Source: an uncultured Candidatus Saccharibacteria bacterium (lineage in GTDB: Bacteria; Patescibacteriota; Doudnabacteria; UBA920). Taken from it: a stretch of DNA of 64,000 nt. The stretch is taken from the NCBI GenBank assembly GCA_964532425.1, contig CAZHIA010000002.1, positions 13,945 through 77,944 on the forward strand, read 5' to 3'. The notes below the pieces were generated by a model. It was not told where the DNA came from. It searched no databases and saw only the letters and a program-made list of their open reading frames with translations. Shown here in pieces: positions 1 through 9,896 of the stretch; position 1 is the first letter of the stretch; each line of letters begins with the position of its first letter. The position numbers were made by a program, and so were the translations under genes.

Positions 1-204
1 ACTTGCCTGCTTCTCATAAGCGGCACGTTCGTTTCCAGCTTTATCGGCAACGAAATTATCATGACCGGCTTGCGCGGTGAGAAGAAGCTGACCGAAAGGA
101 CTGAGACCGAGATGCGGACCGAAGTCAGTGCCATTGCGGACATTAAGGAAAAACTGGACACGGTCCTGAAGCGATTGGATGAAATAGAAAAAAAGACGAA
201 ATGA
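1..204 (+). CDS. 3' end of an unknown protein (partial, continues upstream of window)
   Basis: Frame 1 is open from pos 1 to TGA at 202-204 (...LDEIEKKTK*); followed by hairpin terminator. Confidence 0.4.
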   Translation, partial: TCLLLISGTFVSSFIGNEIIMTGLRGEKKLTERTETEMRTEVSAIADIKEKLDTVLKRLDEIEKKTK

Positions 205-209
205 TTACG

Positions 210-232
210 CAGCCCGAAAGGGCTGCTTTTAA
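210..232 (+). terminator. intrinsic terminator
   Basis: cagcccgaaagggctg hairpin followed by cttttaaattt. Confidence 0.45.
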
Positions 233-461
233 ATTTACTAAGCCATGAGCCATGCTTATATTAATGTCAAATGACAAATATCAAATTACAAATCAATTTC
301 AAATTATATAATTTCAAATTTGACATTAGGATTTGATTTGAAATTTGATATTTAAAATTTGTCATTTAAGCCTTAAGAAATTACCAGAATTTCCCCTGTC
401 CAACACGGTGTTGACTAAACCTTTTTACTCAGTTATACTGCCCAATCCACAGGAGGAAACT

Positions 462-1178
462 ATGGGATCGCTCGTTATCACCCCCACCGACACAGACATC
501 TTTATCGCGCACAAGAAGCTGTATAGTTCGCTCCGCTACTGGTTGCTCGGGAAGGAGTATCATAATGCCTCCCGCGCCCTGAACTTCGCCGCCAAGTGGC
601 ATAACAAGGTCCGCAAGGACGGCAAGACTCCGGAATTCGACCACCAGCTGCGAATTTGCCACTATATCCGCACCCTGCCGAAGCTGCTGTACCCGGAAGA
701 GACCATCACCACCGGCCTGTTGCATGATGTGGTCGAAGACTATGACGTCACCATCAACCAGATTGCGGATCTGTTCGCTGACCGCGCATTTGCGATGCGG
801 GTCAGTCACTCCACCTGGCTGGTCACCAAAAAGAAAGACGGCGAAGGCAAGTCAGCGCAGTTCTACTACGGGGAAATGTCGTCCGACCCGATCGCTTCAA
901 TAGTCAAAGGCGCGGATCGCGGCCACAATTTCCAGACCATGGTCGAAGTCTTCACGCTCGAAAAGCAACGGGAGTACATCGCAGAAGCAGAAGCCTACAT
1001 TCTGCCGATGCTCAAACGAGCCCGCCGCCTGTTTCCCGAACAGGAACCGGCGTACGAAAACATCAAGCATGTTCTCGTCTCGCAGATCGAGCTGATCCGG
1101 CATATTCATGCCGCTGCAGCTGCCGCCAACCGGCAGCCGCGACAGGCGGTGCGCCGGCCAGCGAAGAAGGCGAAGTAG
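462..1178 (+). CDS. HD-domain phosphohydrolase, RelA/SpoT-type (p)ppGpp hydrolase-like
   Basis: AGGAGG at 451-456 then ATG 462; conserved H...LLHDVVED motif typical of RelA/SpoT HD domains; ORF track 345..1178 starts too early (inside upstream palindrome). Confidence 0.6.
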   Translation: MGSLVITPTDTDIFIAHKKLYSSLRYWLLGKEYHNASRALNFAAKWHNKVRKDGKTPEFDHQLRICHYIRTLPKLLYPEETITTGLLHDVVEDYDVTINQIADLFADRAFAMRVSHSTWLVTKKKDGEGKSAQFYYGEMSSDPIASIVKGADRGHNFQTMVEVFTLEKQREYIAEAEAYILPMLKRARRLFPEQEPAYENIKHVLVSQIELIRHIHAAAAAANRQPRQAVRRPAKKAK

Positions 1179-1280
1179 CAAACAAGCCGTCCCGACGCGT
1201 CTGGACGGCTTTTATCACAAGTATAAACCTCCAACGTCCAGTAGTATGGTAAGATGTAGTTGACTATTAACCGGATACCC

Positions 1281-1883
1281 ATGAACGGAACATTCAACAT
1301 CCTCGCGTTTTGCGGCAGCTTGCGCAAAGGTTCGTACAACATGTCACTCCTGCAAGCCGCACAAAAACTTGCTCCGGAAAATACCAAAATCGAAATATTC
1401 GATATCAGCACCTTCCCTTTGTTTAACCAGGATCTCGAACACAATATGCCTGCACCGGTGCTGGAATTCAAACAGAAAATCAAAGCTGCCGACGCCGTGC
1501 TTATTTCCTCGCCGGAATATAATTACTCAATCCCGGGCGTACTCAAGAATGCCATTGACTGGGCCTCGCGCCCATACGGCGACAGCGCGTTCGAGGACAA
1601 GCCGGTAGCCATTATGAGCACCTCTACCGGCATGCTGGGCGGGTCGCGCGCGCAATACCATCTGCGCCAGGTCTTCGTCTTTTTAAATGCCCACCTGCTC
1701 AACAAGCCGGAGGTCATTGTCCCGAATGCCGCGGAAAAATTCGACGAACAGGGCAGACTGAAAGACCTTAAGACGTGTGACAAAATTTCAGAGCTGCTTA
1801 CAGCCCTCTCTGCCTGGGCCGAACGCCTCCACACCCAGCCCCAGCCAGCCCGCCAGCAACAAAAGCAAACAGAAAAGAAATAA
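1281..1883 (+). CDS. NAD(P)H-dependent FMN reductase family oxidoreductase
   Basis: ILAFCGSLRKGSYN...VLISSPEYNYSIPGVLKNAIDW matches FMN_red family; ORF-track start 1260 is TTG, ATG at 1281 fits family N-terminus. Confidence 0.7.
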   Translation: MNGTFNILAFCGSLRKGSYNMSLLQAAQKLAPENTKIEIFDISTFPLFNQDLEHNMPAPVLEFKQKIKAADAVLISSPEYNYSIPGVLKNAIDWASRPYGDSAFEDKPVAIMSTSTGMLGGSRAQYHLRQVFVFLNAHLLNKPEVIVPNAAEKFDEQGRLKDLKTCDKISELLTALSAWAERLHTQPQPARQQQKQTEKK

Positions 1884-1887
1884 ATAA

Positions 1888-1920
1888 TCCCCTTGAGGAC
1901 GGTCCTCAAGGGGATTTTTG
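1888..1920. terminator. bidirectional intrinsic terminator
   Basis: atccccttgaggacggtcctcaaggggat hairpin + ttttg; convergent genes on both sides. Confidence 0.6.
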
Positions 1921-1928
1921 TATTCAAG

Positions 1929-2417
1929 TCATTGGAAACTTTTCAGCTGCCGTTCGATCTCGAGAATCTGATTCGTGATCGGAAACAGGCAAGCGTCGAC
2001 CAGGCGACGACTGACCATAAGTCCCTTTTGGGCGAACGCGCCGATCATTTCATCCACACAATCAATAGAACGTCCTTTGTACGTAAGACCAAGAGTGTTA
2101 CGGCTGGTCACCGACCAATTTCGTGGCAGTTCGATCGTTACTTTGGCAAAGGTAAGATCGCCACTGTACAGCCAATTAAACTCGAAAGCACAAACCAGAT
2201 AGCAAACACCTTCAAATGTTACCTGATGATCAATTGATCGGATCAGGAAAGGCTTGGCGTGGTACACGACCGGCAACGGATCCGGCTCGCGGGCCCTGGC
2301 CAGCTCCTTGGGCCCAGACACTGCTATGGGTGGCTTGGCAGGGGAAGGCTTTTCACTTATTGTCACTGCCGTCTTCCGATTATCCCTCTTGTCATCGAAC
2401 AACCTGATCAAATCCAT
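1929..2417 (-). CDS. hypothetical protein
   Basis: 162-aa ORF ending at bidirectional terminator; no recognised motif. Confidence 0.4.
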   Translation of the reverse strand: MDLIRLFDDKRDNRKTAVTISEKPSPAKPPIAVSGPKELARAREPDPLPVVYHAKPFLIRSIDHQVTFEGVCYLVCAFEFNWLYSGDLTFAKVTIELPRNWSVTSRNTLGLTYKGRSIDCVDEMIGAFAQKGLMVSRRLVDACLFPITNQILEIERQLKSFQ

Positions 2418-2475
2418 AGCCCCTCCTGTTTAGACTTGGTGTTACCGAAGGCTTGAAGGCAGCCTTCAAGGGGAT

Positions 2476-2856
2476 TCAAATTCCGCAACAAGTTTTCATA
2501 ATGAGAGTATGGATACCCCAAAACACCGATCCTATTCCGCATAACGCACCTCCCAAAGCGATCCCAGGAAACAGAATAGTTGGACTGTTCCAAAGCAAAT
2601 CCTGGAACCCTGACCATATCAGGCAGATCAGACTTTGATCCGGTGAGGCGACCCTCAGTCCATCCCGTCTGCCGTAACCAAAGGCCATAATCGTGAGCAC
2701 GCCATGTATCACCAAAAATAACTCAAGCCACCGGCAGGGAGTAATAGCCACCAACGCGCCCTCGAAAACAATTAACGCAAGATTTTCACGTGCGTACTTA
2801 ACTATGAGAGCAATCATTTTTCTTCTCCCATTTCTCATACTTCCAATGTGCTTCAA
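2476..2856 (-). CDS. hypothetical membrane protein (uncertain, overlaps next ORF)
   Basis: 126-aa hydrophobic ORF; overlaps 2798..3040 ORF in another frame, start uncertain. Confidence 0.25.
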   Translation of the reverse strand: MKHIGSMRNGRRKMIALIVKYARENLALIVFEGALVAITPCRWLELFLVIHGVLTIMAFGYGRRDGLRVASPDQSLICLIWSGFQDLLWNSPTILFPGIALGGALCGIGSVFWGIHTLIMKTCCGI

Positions 2857-3040
2857 TCAAAAATTGTGCACCCGGGAAACCGAACAAAAATACTAGTGCC
2901 AGGATCACAATTCCCAACCCTCCTTGCCGAGCCAGCTGCTTACCCAACTCACCCACTAGCAGCCAAATCACAACTCCAACATAGGCCGCATAAAGAGCCA
3001 ATCCAGCCAGAAGCGGCCTACGGTAATACCAGCGAGACAT
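2798..3040 (-). CDS. small membrane protein
   Basis: 80 aa, two predicted TM helices; AGGAGGAAGT SD immediately upstream of ATG on minus strand. Confidence 0.45.
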   Translation of the reverse strand: MSRWYYRRPLLAGLALYAAYVGVVIWLLVGELGKQLARQGGLGIVILALVFLFGFPGAQFLIEAHWKYEKWEKKNDCSHS

Positions 3041-3065
3041 ACTTCCTCCTCTAGTGTTGAATTTT

Positions 3066-3080
3066 GTTACATACTGTAAC
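3066..3080. promoter_or_regulatory. 15-bp palindrome GTTACAtacTGTAAC upstream of TrmB-family regulator gene (candidate operator)
   Basis: Perfect inverted repeat 120 bp upstream of 3199 start. Confidence 0.25.
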
Positions 3081-3198
3081 TCAGGAGTATATATTGTTGA
3101 TTTATTGTTGTAAATAATGTAGTATATAAAGTGTCAGAATGTACAACACTTTAACTTACCCCTAACCCCTATCTTTAGAAAAGAGAGCAGGATCGAGT

Positions 3199-3936
3199 AT
3201 GAGCATAGAGAACCTTCTCACCAACATCGGGCTTTCCAAGGTAGAATCCCAGGTATATTTGGCAGCTCTGGAACTCGGCACTTCCCTGCCGAAACATCTA
3301 GCCGAAAAGGCCGGCGTAAAACGGCCGACACTCTATGAACTGCTTCCCCGTCTGTTTGAGCATGGGTTATTGTCTGAAACCGTCATAGGCAAACGCAGAT
3401 TTTTAGTTGCAGAGGATCCTGAGGCTTTTCTCGATAAGAAGCAGTCCGAACTGCAACAATTGCAGCAGGCCGTGCCCCAGCTTCAATTATTATTGGCAAC
3501 GGCATCCATCAAGCCCAATATTATCTTTTATGAAGGAGTCGAGGGTTTAAAAAAAATCTATTTGGACAACCTGCGCGTTGGTCAGTCAACACTGGAGCTC
3601 GTCGGCATCGAACAGATCCAGCCGGAGATCGAGCGTTATATTGACCAGTACTACATTCCGCTGCGCGTGAAACGCAGGATCCCGCTCAAAATGCTCATCT
3701 CCGGAGAAGCCAAAACCGGTATTTGGAATTTAAAAAGCAACCCCGCACTGCTCAGGGAAGTTAAAACCATCGGTAAAGATGTTTGCCCGGTACCGCTCGA
3801 CTGCAACATTTATGGCGATAATGTCTCCTTCGCCCTCTACCGAAAGGATAGCGAACCGATTGGACTAATTATCAGGTCCAAAGAAATTGCGACGACCATG
3901 CGGTCTATTTACAATTTCCTCTGGGATAAGTCTTAA
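3199..3936 (+). CDS. TrmB-family transcriptional regulator (paralog 1)
   Basis: N-terminal HTH (VESQVYLAALELGTSLPKHLAEKAGVKRPTLYELLPRLFEHGLL) plus C-terminal TrmB-like domain; paralog at 37064. Confidence 0.65.
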   Translation: MSIENLLTNIGLSKVESQVYLAALELGTSLPKHLAEKAGVKRPTLYELLPRLFEHGLLSETVIGKRRFLVAEDPEAFLDKKQSELQQLQQAVPQLQLLLATASIKPNIIFYEGVEGLKKIYLDNLRVGQSTLELVGIEQIQPEIERYIDQYYIPLRVKRRIPLKMLISGEAKTGIWNLKSNPALLREVKTIGKDVCPVPLDCNIYGDNVSFALYRKDSEPIGLIIRSKEIATTMRSIYNFLWDKS

Positions 3937-4038
3937 ACCTCTCCCGGCGGTCAAAACGCTTGAACTTGATTTTTCCTGTCATTTCCCGTATACTTAACAA
4001 AGTCAATTACTACAGATGTAGGCCACACTCGAAAACAT

Positions 4039-4067
4039 GGCAGGCCACGGGCCTGCACTACATTCAT
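4039..4067. repeat. GGCAGGCCAnGGGCCTGCACTACAT element, copy 1 (hairpin GCAGGCC/GGCCTGC)
   Basis: 29-bp sequence repeated with 2 mismatches at 48619-48647; both ~100 bp upstream of a gene start. Confidence 0.5.
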
Positions 4068-4104
4068 AACGAGTCATTTAAACACATAATTATCGAAGGT
4101 GCGC

Positions 4105-4155
4105 GGTACCCATCAGCGTAATATCAGCGTACCTATCAGCGTTTTATCGGCGGTC
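4105..4155. repeat. four tandem ~11-bp repeats (c)c(c/t)ATCAGCGT(a) directly upstream of infB
   Basis: cccatcagcgta / atatcagcgta / cctatcagcgtt / ttatcggcggt. Confidence 0.5.
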
Positions 4156-4159
4156 ATTT

Positions 4160-6091
4160 ATGAATCTCTCTTCGCTTTCCTCAGAACTCAATATGTCCAT
4201 TCAAGAGCTTCGCTCGCAGGCGCGTGCGAAGGGATTTTTCATTTCCGACAAAGCGAACAAAATTGATAACTACCTTGCCAAAAAAATAGTAGAAGCCTTG
4301 CGGCCGGACGTTGCAGCCCGCCACCAGCCCCAGACCAATGGCAAGCCGAAAAAAGTTAAACTCCCCACTTTTATTAAAGTCCGCGACTTTGCCGTACTCT
4401 TAGAACTTCCCGTTACGAGTGTCATCAAAGTCCTCATCCAGAACGGAGTCATGGCCACCATTAACGAAGAGATCGATTTCGACACTGCCGCGATTGTGGC
4501 CGGCGATCTTGGATTCGAAGTGGAAAGCCAGGCTGACCAGTCTACCCAGGAAATCGGTCTTGGGTACTTGCAAGAAGTACTCAAAGCTGAAAAAGAAGAA
4601 GACCTGCGGCCCCGGCCGCCAATCGTCGCTATTATGGGACACGTCGACCACGGTAAGACCACCCTGCTCGACACCATCCGCAAGACCAATGTGGCGGCAG
4701 GGGAGTCCGGCGGCATTACCCAGCACATTGGTGCCTACCAGGTTAAAAAGAACGGCAAGACCATTACCTTTTTGGATACTCCGGGCCATGAAGCGTTTTC
4801 GGAAATGCGCGCCCGCGGCGCCAACGTGACCGACTTAATCGTATTGGTCGTAGCAGCCGATGACGGCGTGCGCCCGCAAACCCTGGAAGTCATCAATCGC
4901 GCCAAGTTTACCAACACGCCGATGATCGTGGCCATCAACAAGATCGACAAGCCCGAAGCCAACATCATGCGCGTCAAGCAGGAACTGGCCGGCCAGGGCG
5001 TGCTCACCGAAGAATGGGGTGGCAAAACCATCGCAGTGGAAATCTCCGCCAAGCAAGGCATTGGCCTCGACAATCTTTTGGAAATGATCCTGCTTACTGC
5101 CGAAATTGAGAACTTCCGCGCCAATCCACACGGCAAGACCATCGGTACTATCATCGAATCGAAAATGACCCATGGTAAGGGCTCGACTGCGTCCGTTATA
5201 GTCCAGAATGGCACACTCCGCGTGGGAGATATAATTGTAGCCGGCGCAGCCTATGGACGCATTCGCTCGCTCGATGACGAAAACGGCCGCAAGCTTAAGG
5301 AAGCCGGGCCGTCCTGTGCTGCGCAGATCTCGGGTTTTTCCGAAGTTCCGCAAGCGGGCGACATTCTTCAGACCATGCCAACTCTGGATGAAGCTAAACA
5401 AATCGCCATTGCCGCCCAGAAACGCGCCCAGAGCCACCGTTTGCATGCACGCCAAATCCTGCAAGGAGACGCGGAAAGCAAAACCTTGAATTTGATTATC
5501 AAAGCCGATGTCGCCGGTTCTTTGGAAGCCATTAAACAGTCCATTGGAAAACTGAAGAACGACGAAGTAAAGATCAATATCTTAAGCGAAGGCGTTGGTG
5601 AAGTGAACGAGTCGGATATTATGCTGGCAGACAACTCCAAAGCAAGCATTATTGCCTTCCGAAGCAAAGTAAACCCCAAAGCCGCAAATCTCGCCAAGCA
5701 AAAAAATACACTGGTCGACACGTATGATGTCATTTACGAGCTGATCGAAGATGTTACCTCAGCGGTCATTAAGATGTTCACGCCGGAATTGGAAAAGATC
5801 AGTTATGGCACGGCCAAGGTTCTTGCCATTTTCCGCACGGAAAAGAATCAAATGATCATCGGCGGCCGGGTCGAACAGGGCGAACTCCGCAAGAACGGGC
5901 AGATTGGCATCAACCGCGACGGCGCCGAAGTTGGCCGCGGAGAAATTTTAGAACTTCAGCACAGCAAGGTAGTCACCAAGAATGTCCAAAGCGGTGAAGA
6001 ATTCGGCATCAAGATTAAGACCAACGTGAAAATCAAGGAAGGGGACACTCTGGAGAGCTTCGAAGAAAAGATCAAGCAGAAGACACTGTAA
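4160..6091 (+). CDS. infB: translation initiation factor IF-2 (short-N-terminus form)
   Basis: GTP-binding motifs [27 protein letters not shown]; C-terminal IF-2 domains. Confidence 0.9.
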   Translation: MNLSSLSSELNMSIQELRSQARAKGFFISDKANKIDNYLAKKIVEALRPDVAARHQPQTNGKPKKVKLPTFIKVRDFAVLLELPVTSVIKVLIQNGVMATINEEIDFDTAAIVAGDLGFEVESQADQSTQEIGLGYLQEVLKAEKEEDLRPRPPIVAIMGHVDHGKTTLLDTIRKTNVAAGESGGITQHIGAYQVKKNGKTITFLDTPGHEAFSEMRARGANVTDLIVLVVAADDGVRPQTLEVINRAKFTNTPMIVAINKIDKPEANIMRVKQELAGQGVLTEEWGGKTIAVEISAKQGIGLDNLLEMILLTAEIENFRANPHGKTIGTIIESKMTHGKGSTASVIVQNGTLRVGDIIVAGAAYGRIRSLDDENGRKLKEAGPSCAAQISGFSEVPQAGDILQTMPTLDEAKQIAIAAQKRAQSHRLHARQILQGDAESKTLNLIIKADVAGSLEAIKQSIGKLKNDEVKINILSEGVGEVNESDIMLADNSKASIIAFRSKVNPKAANLAKQKNTLVDTYDVIYELIEDVTSAVIKMFTPELEKISYGTAKVLAIFRTEKNQMIIGGRVEQGELRKNGQIGINRDGAEVGRGEILELQHSKVVTKNVQSGEEFGIKIKTNVKIKEGDTLESFEEKIKQKTL

Positions 6092-6130
6092 GATCACAGA
6101 TGCGCAGATAAGCACTGATTACACTGATTA

Positions 6131-6160
6131 AAAACTACCACCTTAGGTGGTAGTTTTTAA
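6131..6160 (+). terminator. hairpin + T-run after infB (partial terminator/attenuator)
   Basis: aactaccaccttaggtggtagtt + tttaa. Confidence 0.4.
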
Positions 6161-6353
6161 ATATAGACGAACCCTAATGAAAACTTTTCCTGTAGGAAGC
6201 AGATGGTTTCCATTCGTCAGCGATTATTCAGCCTGCCTGCCGGTAGGCAGGCGTACCAGTCAGCGACCCATCAGCGGTCTAGGACTTGCCATACCCGCGT
6301 TTTCCTGCTACACTGGTAAGTCAAATCTAAATTTTGCGTAGTATAATGTAACT

Positions 6354-6716
6354 ATGAAGCAACCAAAGAAAGACATAAACCGCATAGCCAAGGTCAATTC
6401 ACTTATAGAGCACGAGCTCGGACCGATTCTGCACGAACACTTGGAAGGCGAGCCTGGCCTCGTTACCATTTCCAAAGTCGAAACCAGCGGAGATATGCGC
6501 TGGGCTAAGATTTGGATCTCGATTTTCGGCGGGGATGACGAGAAAATCCTTAAGCTGATCCATGACAACATTTACGATATACAAGGTGCGCTCAATGAAC
6601 ATTTCACCACAAAGATTATTCCGCGGCTCCAATTCTTTTTAGATACGACGCCGCGCCATGCCCAGCATATTGACGAGCTGATCAGAGAAATAAAATCGGA
6701 AGACAAACACGACTGA
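6354..6716 (+). CDS. rbfA: ribosome-binding factor A
   Basis: 120 aa, RbfA-like sequence and conserved position after infB. Confidence 0.75.
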   Translation: MKQPKKDINRIAKVNSLIEHELGPILHEHLEGEPGLVTISKVETSGDMRWAKIWISIFGGDDEKILKLIHDNIYDIQGALNEHFTTKIIPRLQFFLDTTPRHAQHIDELIREIKSEDKHD

Positions 6717-6755
6717 GAATAAGAATATATTAAGGAAGCAGTCTTTTAGAATTGT

Positions 6756-7712
6756 ATGGCACTCGAATCCGAATTCCAGCAGGCCCGCGGCATCATTGAT
6801 GCATCCTCCGATATCATCCTCACCATGCATGAACGCATGGACGGCGACGACGGTGGCAGCCTCTTAGCAATGCGGGAGCATCTCACCGCCGCGGGCAAAC
6901 GGGTGACCTGTGTGATCAAGCGGGGAGTGCCGCCGCAGCTGAAATTCCTGCCGAACCATCATGAGATACAGGATGACGCCGACCGGAACGATTTTGACCT
7001 GCTCATCACCTTTGGCTGCGCAACATTGGACCGCACCGGCAGCAGCGCCATTGCCGGCCTTTCCTGCCCCATTCTCAATTTCGACCACCATCCTGACAAC
7101 AGCTACTTCGGCAAGGTTAATGTCGTCGACAAGCGCAAGTCATCGGTTGCAGAGCTCGTGTATGACTTCTTCACCTGGCACCAAATTCCTATAACGAAAA
7201 ATATGGCCGTCTGCCTGCTGACCGGCATCATTACGGACACCGGATCGTTCATGCACAGCAACACATCAGCTTCCACCCTCAAAGCTGCCGCCGAACTGAC
7301 CAAACGGGGAGCATTGGCAGACAAGATCATCAAGGAAACGTTCAAGAACAAAACACCACAGATCCTGCGGGCCTGGGGCCGGGCCATCGAGAACTCGTAT
7401 TACGATGCCGAGCATAAGATTATTTACTCGGTTGTGACTGAGGATGACCTCCACGACCTTGGACAGCTCCCGCCGGCCGCATTCGAAGGGTTTGCGGAAA
7501 CTTTAAATACCGTGCCTGAAGCGAAATTCGTCATGTTCCTTCGCCAGGACGGCAACCTCATTAAAGGAAGCTTGCGCACTGACAGCTTCAAGAATGTCGA
7601 TGTGGCCGCTATTGCCAAAGCTTTCGGCGGCGGGGGACACAAGCAGGCAGCCGGGTTCTCTGTAGCCGGCAAACTGGTCAAAGACGAAAACGGCATGTGG
7701 AGAGCCCAATAA
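6756..7712 (+). CDS. nrnA: DHH-family phosphoesterase (NrnA-like oligoribonuclease/pAp phosphatase)
   Basis: DHH and DHHA1 (GGGH) motifs; conserved infB-rbfA-nrnA order. Confidence 0.75.
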   Translation: MALESEFQQARGIIDASSDIILTMHERMDGDDGGSLLAMREHLTAAGKRVTCVIKRGVPPQLKFLPNHHEIQDDADRNDFDLLITFGCATLDRTGSSAIAGLSCPILNFDHHPDNSYFGKVNVVDKRKSSVAELVYDFFTWHQIPITKNMAVCLLTGIITDTGSFMHSNTSASTLKAAAELTKRGALADKIIKETFKNKTPQILRAWGRAIENSYYDAEHKIIYSVVTEDDLHDLGQLPPAAFEGFAETLNTVPEAKFVMFLRQDGNLIKGSLRTDSFKNVDVAAIAKAFGGGGHKQAAGFSVAGKLVKDENGMWRAQ

Positions 7713-7778
7713 ATATTCTGTCTCCGGCAGTGTGCAATCCGGCCCAGCGCCGGGGGTAGAATGGAGAGACGGATTCTA

Positions 7779-7961
7779 ATGATGATTGACCATGCGGTCC
7801 TGGGAACCGGACTGGGTGTCATGGGAGGTTTGCTGCTCAGCAAATTTTTACCGAAGAACGCGCCTCGCAAACTGCGCAAGGATGAGCTTAACTCCGCCGA
7901 AGATACCGCCAGGCGACAACGGAATGCTTCCGAAAGCATGTTCGATCCGCTCGAAGAGTGA
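7779..7961 (+). CDS. small hypothetical membrane protein
   Basis: GGAGAG SD 10 nt before ATG 7779; hydrophobic N-terminus. Confidence 0.3.
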   Translation: MMIDHAVLGTGLGVMGGLLLSKFLPKNAPRKLRKDELNSAEDTARRQRNASESMFDPLEE

Positions 7962-7983
7962 CATTACATAACCAGGAGGATGT

Positions 7984-8124
7984 ATGATTTGGAAGCTATA
8001 CCGGAAGATTGTCTATACATGTAAAAGTTTTTGGCACCGGCAGCCTTCCGTAGGCGCCCAATACATGCGATACCTGGACTACGAACAATCAAAACGAGTC
8101 GGCTGGACCATGTACCAGCGCTAA
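7984..8124 (+). CDS. small hypothetical protein (46 aa, Cys/Trp/Tyr-rich)
   Basis: AGGAGG SD 4 nt upstream of ATG; followed by terminator 8141-8173. Confidence 0.35.
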   Translation: MIWKLYRKIVYTCKSFWHRQPSVGAQYMRYLDYEQSKRVGWTMYQR

Positions 8125-8140
8125 CAATGAACACTACCGT

Positions 8141-8173
8141 CCTGAGCCCTTAAAGGTTCAGGCGGTTTTTTTA
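8141..8173 (+). terminator. intrinsic terminator
   Basis: cctgagcc/ggttcagg stem then 8-T run. Confidence 0.5.
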
Positions 8174-8320
8174 TGAGTATCAAATACGAGACCACTCTGC
8201 TTGTCCAGCTAAGGCCTATCTACCGGTTTCGACTCCGAGACTGCTCAGGCGCAAGGGGCAGAAGGCGATACAATTATGATAAATTCGGAGTATGCACTAA
8301 AAAAGGACGCGGGTGCGTCC

Positions 8321-8959
8321 TTAGAGGGTGGCCGGTGTGGCCGAGGGTTGGCTGAGTGCGGTATCGGTCTTGGGAGTGATGAATCCTAGCTCCCGAAAAT
8401 ACTGCAACAGCTGGCTGCTCTGGTAGGCGATGCGAACTCGGTAGCCGTGGTCATTGAGCAGATCAGGGCCGCCGGCTTCGCAGTCAAGCAGGGCGATAAT
8501 GGCGGCAATTTTCAATCCGGCAGATTCGGCAAGCTCGCAGATCTGCAGCGATGTAGTGCCGGTGACGATGATGTCTTCCACGAGTAGAACCGTGTCTCCT
8601 GGCTGAAAGTGGCCATCGACGTGGCGATTGTGGCCGTTAAACCCATGCAGGTTAAAACGGATAAGCTGACGGTTGAGGTCGTTGGCCATGAGAGCCGCGA
8701 TCGGCCCGATGCCACTGGAAACTTCGCCGAAGTGCTGAAATTTGATCCCGTTGGCCAGTTGCCAGAATTTGGAGAAGACCAGTTGGGTCGCTCCGGGATC
8801 GCCGAACAATTGGCGGAGATAAAAGTAATGGTCGACAGTGCGGGTATCGTGAGGGCTCAATCTAAACGTTCCCAATTCCAGGCAGCCGGTCGTAAAGATG
8901 GATCTAGCCAGCTGTTTTGAAGCCAGCGTGTGCTCGGAAATCGGCAGAGCAGAACCCAT
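8321..8959 (-). CDS. type I phosphoribosyltransferase (orotate PRTase-like)
   Basis: PRPP-binding motif TVLLVEDIIVTGTTSL. Confidence 0.55.
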   Translation of the reverse strand: MGSALPISEHTLASKQLARSIFTTGCLELGTFRLSPHDTRTVDHYFYLRQLFGDPGATQLVFSKFWQLANGIKFQHFGEVSSGIGPIAALMANDLNRQLIRFNLHGFNGHNRHVDGHFQPGDTVLLVEDIIVTGTTSLQICELAESAGLKIAAIIALLDCEAGGPDLLNDHGYRVRIAYQSSQLLQYFRELGFITPKTDTALSQPSATPATL

Positions 8960-9021
8960 GAAAGCCTCCTTTATTCTCTTGATATCGTACTCTCCCTGAA
9001 ACCAAACTGCAATAGGAGCAC

Positions 9022-9050
9022 TTGAAAAAAATAGCTCTAAGCGGTATAAT
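9022..9050 (+). promoter_or_regulatory. sigma70-like promoter of tRNA-Leu (TTGAAA-17-TATAAT)
   Basis: -35 9022-9027, 17-bp spacer, -10 9045-9050, 20 nt before tRNA. Confidence 0.5.
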
Positions 9051-9070
9051 AGATGAGCATTATATGAAAA

Positions 9071-9157
9071 GCCCGGGTGGCGAAATTGGCAGACGCACTA
9101 CCTTGAGGTGGTAGCGGCCGCAAGGCTGTGGGAGTTCGAATCTCCCCTCGGGCACCA
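9071..9157 (+). tRNA. tRNA-Leu (anticodon GAG), CCA encoded
   Basis: Cloverleaf with long variable arm; anticodon loop TTGAGGT; GTTCGAATC T-arm. Confidence 0.85.
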
Positions 9158-9158
9158 T

Positions 9159-9192
9159 GAAAAATACTCTACCTAAAGGTAGAGTATTTTTC
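9159..9192 (+). terminator. intrinsic terminator after tRNA-Leu
   Basis: aaaaatactctacc taaa ggtagagtattttt. Confidence 0.6.
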
Positions 9193-9266
9193 ATGGTGAG
9201 CAGAGGTTTAATAATTATACTTCCGGCTGTATTGAAAACATCATTTCATATCGCTATACTAGATTC

Positions 9267-9593
9267 ATGTCCACTACATTCAAAAGAACCACAGAAAACT
9301 TCATCTGCGGCAATTGCAAGAAAAAAGTCAAAGGCAACGGGTATACCAACCACTGCCCGTTTTGCCTCTGGAGCAAGCACGTGGACAACCATCCGGGCGA
9401 CCGAGCCAACACCTGCGGCGGCATGATGGAGCCGGTTAGTTATACCCTTGAAAAGAACCAATATCACATCATTTTCCGCTGCCAAAAGTGTGACACCTTC
9501 AAACGTAATAAATTTCAGGAAGGCGATAACTTCGAAGCTCTCTTAAAACTTGCCCAACAAACTGCGGATAAATTTTCAAAAAACACCCCTTGA
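9267..9593 (+). CDS. RNHCP-domain zinc-ribbon protein
   Basis: Y-T-N-H-C-P-F-C motif plus additional CxxC pairs, typical of RNHCP domain. Confidence 0.65.
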   Translation: MSTTFKRTTENFICGNCKKKVKGNGYTNHCPFCLWSKHVDNHPGDRANTCGGMMEPVSYTLEKNQYHIIFRCQKCDTFKRNKFQEGDNFEALLKLAQQTADKFSKNTP

Positions 9594-9611
9594 TGAACGA
9601 GGGGTGTTTTA
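9583..9611. terminator. bidirectional intrinsic terminator
   Basis: aaaaacacccctTGAtgaacgaggggtgtttt; overlaps stop of RNHCP gene. Confidence 0.6.
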
Positions 9612-9623
9612 ATGTACCGCAAG

Positions 9624-9893
9624 CTATTTAATCGTTCCTGGTCGGGTAGAGGGGGAAAGCTGTGGGGGAGCAGATTGCGGGGATGTTCGGTGGAGCATGA
9701 AATATATAACCATCAAAAATCCAACCAGAATACCAATAGCCAGACCGATCTCGATTTTAGAAACGCTCCGCCGGCCAGTGGAAACAGGAAAAACAGTCTG
9801 TTGAATTTGCGGCTGATTGGCCGATCCGGTAAGGATCGACTGGGAATTCCTAAAGTCAGCTGCATTCTCGTCGAATTCCTGGTTAGTGTCCAT
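9624..9893 (-). CDS. hypothetical small membrane protein downstream of pilin
   Basis: 89 aa, one TM helix; 4-nt gap to pilin gene. Confidence 0.4.
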   Translation of the reverse strand: MDTNQEFDENAADFRNSQSILTGSANQPQIQQTVFPVSTGRRSVSKIEIGLAIGILVGFLMVIYFMLHRTSPQSAPPQLSPSTRPGTIK

Positions 9894-9896
9894 ACG

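Noticed and set aside
4270-5733. Multiple 120-210-aa ORFs antisense or out of frame inside infB
   Set aside because: Fully contained within a strongly supported IF-2 reading frame; amino-acid composition typical of GC-rich wrong-frame translation.
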